Source: Malassezia furfur (taxonomy: Eukaryota). Taken from it: DNA of 20,000 nt. The translations under genes were made by a program, and so were the position numbers. Of this stretch, positions 17,736 through 20,000 are shown piece by piece (positions within the stretch are counted from its first letter, which is position 1; each line of letters begins with the position of its first letter). The notes beneath the pieces are model-generated. The model worked only from the letters and a program-made list of their open reading frames with translations, was not told where the DNA came from and ran no database searches. The stretch is taken from assembly GCA_052055015.1 (NCBI GenBank), contig JBQJIT010000016.1, one strand, 5' to 3'.

Positions 17736-19829
17736 TTAGTCGATCGACTCCATCGCCGACTCGGCCGCCGGCTCGCTCTCCTTGGGCGCCTCGGTCGCCT
17801 CGGCCTCGTTGGTGTCGAGGTCGTCGATCGAGAGACCCAGCGAGATGAGCTTGAACAGGCGGTTCGCAAACTCCTGCGGGTGCTCGAGCGAGAAGCCCGA
17901 GGTGAGCAGGCTGCTGTCGTACAGCAGGAACACGAGGTCGCGGACCGTCGGGTCGTTCTTGTCCTGCGCCATCTTGGCCGCGAGCTCCTTGATGATGGCG
18001 TTGTGCGGGTTGATCTCCATGGTCTTCTTCGAGGCCATGTACTGCGACATGGAGGTGTCGCGCAGCGCCTGCGCCTTCATGATACGCTCCATGTTCGCCG
18101 ACCAGCCGAACTGGCCCGTCACCAGCACACAGGGCGAGCCGACAATGCGGTTCGAGACGGTGACCTTCTCGACCTTGTCGCCGAGAATGTCCTTGACCGT
18201 CTTGGTGAGCTCCTCAAACTTGGAGGCCTCCTCCTCGCGCTGCTTCTTCTCCTCCTCGGTCTCCTCGAGCTCGAGGCCCTCCTTCGAGACCGAGACGAGC
18301 TTGTGGCCCTCGAACTCCTTGAGCTGCGACACGGCGTACTCGTCGATCGGGTCCACCATGAGCAGCACCTCGAAGCCCTTCTTCTTGAGCACCTCGAGGA
18401 ACGGCGAGTCCTTCACCGCCGACAGGCTCTCGCCCGTCAGGTAGTAAATGTTCTTCTGGATCTCGGGCATGCGCGTGATGTAGTCCTTCAGGCTGGTCAT
18501 CTCGTCACCGCTCTTGGTCGAGTGGAAGCGCAGGAACTCGGCGAGCTTCTGGCGGTGCGTGGCGTCCTCGTGGATACCGAGCTTGATGTTCTTGCCAAAG
18601 GCCTCGTAGAACTTGGCAAAGAGCTCCTTGTCCTCGGCGACCTCCGAGATCAGGTCGAGCGTCTTCTTGACCAGGTTCTTGCGGATGACCTTGAGGATCT
18701 TGTTCTGCTGCAGCACCTCACGCGAGATGTTGAGCGGCAGGTCCTCCGAGTCGACGACACCCTTGACAAAGTTGAGGTATTCGGGCATCAGCTCCTCGCA
18801 GTCATCCGTAATGAACACACGGCGCACGTAGAGCTTGATGTTGCTCTTCTTCTTCTTCGACTCGAACATGTCGAACGGCGCGCGCTTCGGCACAAAGAGG
18901 ATCGCCTTGAACTCGAGCTGACCCTCCACCGAGAAGTGCTTCACCGCAAGGTGGTCCTCCCAGTCGTTCGCGATCGTCTTGTAGAACGACGCGTACTCCT
19001 CGGGCGTCACCGTCTTGGGCTCACGCGTCCAGATCGGCTTGGTCTTGTTCAGCTCCTCGTTCTCGGTCACCGTCTCCTTGACCGTCTTCTTCTTCTTCTT
19101 CTCGGCCTCGTCGTCGACCTCCTCGATCTTGGCCTTCTTCTCGTCGTCCGCCTTCTCCTCCTCAGGGGCCTCGACCTCCTTCTCGACCTCCTTGGTCACG
19201 ACGAGCTGGATGGGGTACGAGATGAACTCGGAGTGCTTCTTCACAATCTCCTTGATGCGCTTCTCGTCGAGGTACTCGAGCTGGTCCTCCTTCATGTGCA
19301 GGCGCATCTCCGTACCGCGACCCAGCGAGGGGTTCTTGGTGTCCTGCGTGATGGTGAACGTGCCACCCGCAGCGCTCTCCCAAATGTACTGCTCGTCGTC
19401 GTTGTGCTTGGTGATGACCTCCACCTTGTCGGCAACGAGGTAGGCCGAGTAGAAGCCCACACCGAACTGGCCGATCATGGAAATGTCGGCACCCGACGAG
19501 AGCGCCTCCATGAACGCCTTGGTGCCCGACTTGGCGATCGTACCAATGTTGTTCACCAGGTCGGCCTTGGTCATACCCACACCAGTGTCACGGATCGACA
19601 GGATGCGGTTCTCCTTGTCGGGCGTGATGCGGATGTACAGGTCCTTGCCCGAGTCGAGCACGCTCGGGTCGGTCAGGGCCTGGTAGCGGACCTTGTCGAG
19701 AGCATCCGACGCGTTCGAGATCAGCTCACGAAGGAAAATCTCCTTGTTGCTGTAGAACGTGTTGATGATCAGGTCCAGCAGTTGACTGATGTCGGCGGCA
19801 AAGCCGAACGTCTCTTGTTTCTCAGCCAT
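17736..19829 (-). CDS. HSP90: Cytosolic heat shock protein 90, 697 aa, intronless
   Basis: Motifs [55 protein letters not shown] and [16 protein letters not shown], a charged linker, and very strong codon bias. Confidence 0.98.
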   Translation of the reverse strand: MAEKQETFGFAADISQLLDLIINTFYSNKEIFLRELISNASDALDKVRYQALTDPSVLDSGKDLYIRITPDKENRILSIRDTGVGMTKADLVNNIGTIAKSGTKAFMEALSSGADISMIGQFGVGFYSAYLVADKVEVITKHNDDEQYIWESAAGGTFTITQDTKNPSLGRGTEMRLHMKEDQLEYLDEKRIKEIVKKHSEFISYPIQLVVTKEVEKEVEAPEEEKADDEKKAKIEEVDDEAEKKKKKTVKETVTENEELNKTKPIWTREPKTVTPEEYASFYKTIANDWEDHLAVKHFSVEGQLEFKAILFVPKRAPFDMFESKKKKSNIKLYVRRVFITDDCEELMPEYLNFVKGVVDSEDLPLNISREVLQQNKILKVIRKNLVKKTLDLISEVAEDKELFAKFYEAFGKNIKLGIHEDATHRQKLAEFLRFHSTKSGDEMTSLKDYITRMPEIQKNIYYLTGESLSAVKDSPFLEVLKKKGFEVLLMVDPIDEYAVSQLKEFEGHKLVSVSKEGLELEETEEEKKQREEEASKFEELTKTVKDILGDKVEKVTVSNRIVGSPCVLVTGQFGWSANMERIMKAQALRDTSMSQYMASKKTMEINPHNAIIKELAAKMAQDKNDPTVRDLVFLLYDSSLLTSGFSLEHPQEFANRLFKLISLGLSIDDLDTNEAEATEAPKESEPAAESAMESID

Positions 19830-19880
19830 GATGTTTCAATGAACGGCGTACCAGTTGCGTGGCCCGCAGCGCGCAGTTGC

Positions 19881-19887
19881 TTTTATA
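19881..19887 (-). promoter_or_regulatory. TATA box of HSP90 (TATAAAA)
   Basis: The minus strand reads GCCTATAAAAG about 52-58 nt upstream of the HSP90 ATG in otherwise GC-rich DNA. Confidence 0.7.
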
Positions 19888-19909
19888 GGCGCGCGACTTG
19901 CTCCCAGCA

Positions 19910-19934
19910 ATTCTACACTTTTCTCTGTAGTTCG
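19910..19934. promoter_or_regulatory. Step-type heat shock element (three TTC units at 10-bp spacing)
   Basis: TTC starts at 19911, 19921 and 19931, just upstream of the TATA box. This matches the nTTCn(N5)nTTCn(N5)nTTCn architecture bound by yeast Hsf1. Confidence 0.6.
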
Positions 19935-20000
19935 GTGGCTGGCCTGGCGCGCCGTTCGATGCACTTCCATGTGGCCCTCCACCGAAGGTGCTGGAATCGC

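Overview
This is a gene-dense eukaryotic (fungal) chromosomal segment, not a prokaryotic one. High GC, very short intergenic spacers, few and tiny introns and the protein sequences suggest a compact basidiomycete yeast such as Malassezia (inference). In order it holds: a Ser/Pro-rich hypothetical protein (+), a SIT4/PP6-associated SAP-family protein (+, 2 introns), an ACAA2-type 3-ketoacyl-CoA thiolase (+), an intron-containing tRNA-Val(AAC) (+), COG5 (-, 4 introns), a small HIG1/Rcf-like two-TM protein (-, 3 introns), an Srp40/Nopp140-like protein (+, 4 introns), a THI20-type ThiD-TenA fusion (-, 1 intron), AP-3 beta (+), bystin/ENP1 (+) and HSP90 (-). The main signal missed by the ORF track is a set of 12 ultra-short spliceosomal introns (21-30 nt) between 8757 and 11801. 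Each has a degenerate branch motif nearly fused to the 3' AG; one is a 22-nt GC-AG intron and two are stop-free and in frame. Other points of interest: a tRNA intron that duplicates the anticodon stem and allows a decoy class-II-like fold, stop codons 6 nt apart, a 71-nt divergent promoter, an HSP90 ending MESID rather than MEEVD, and a step-type heat-shock element. No mobile elements or CRISPR arrays were seen. All splice models were read by hand and need RNA confirmation.
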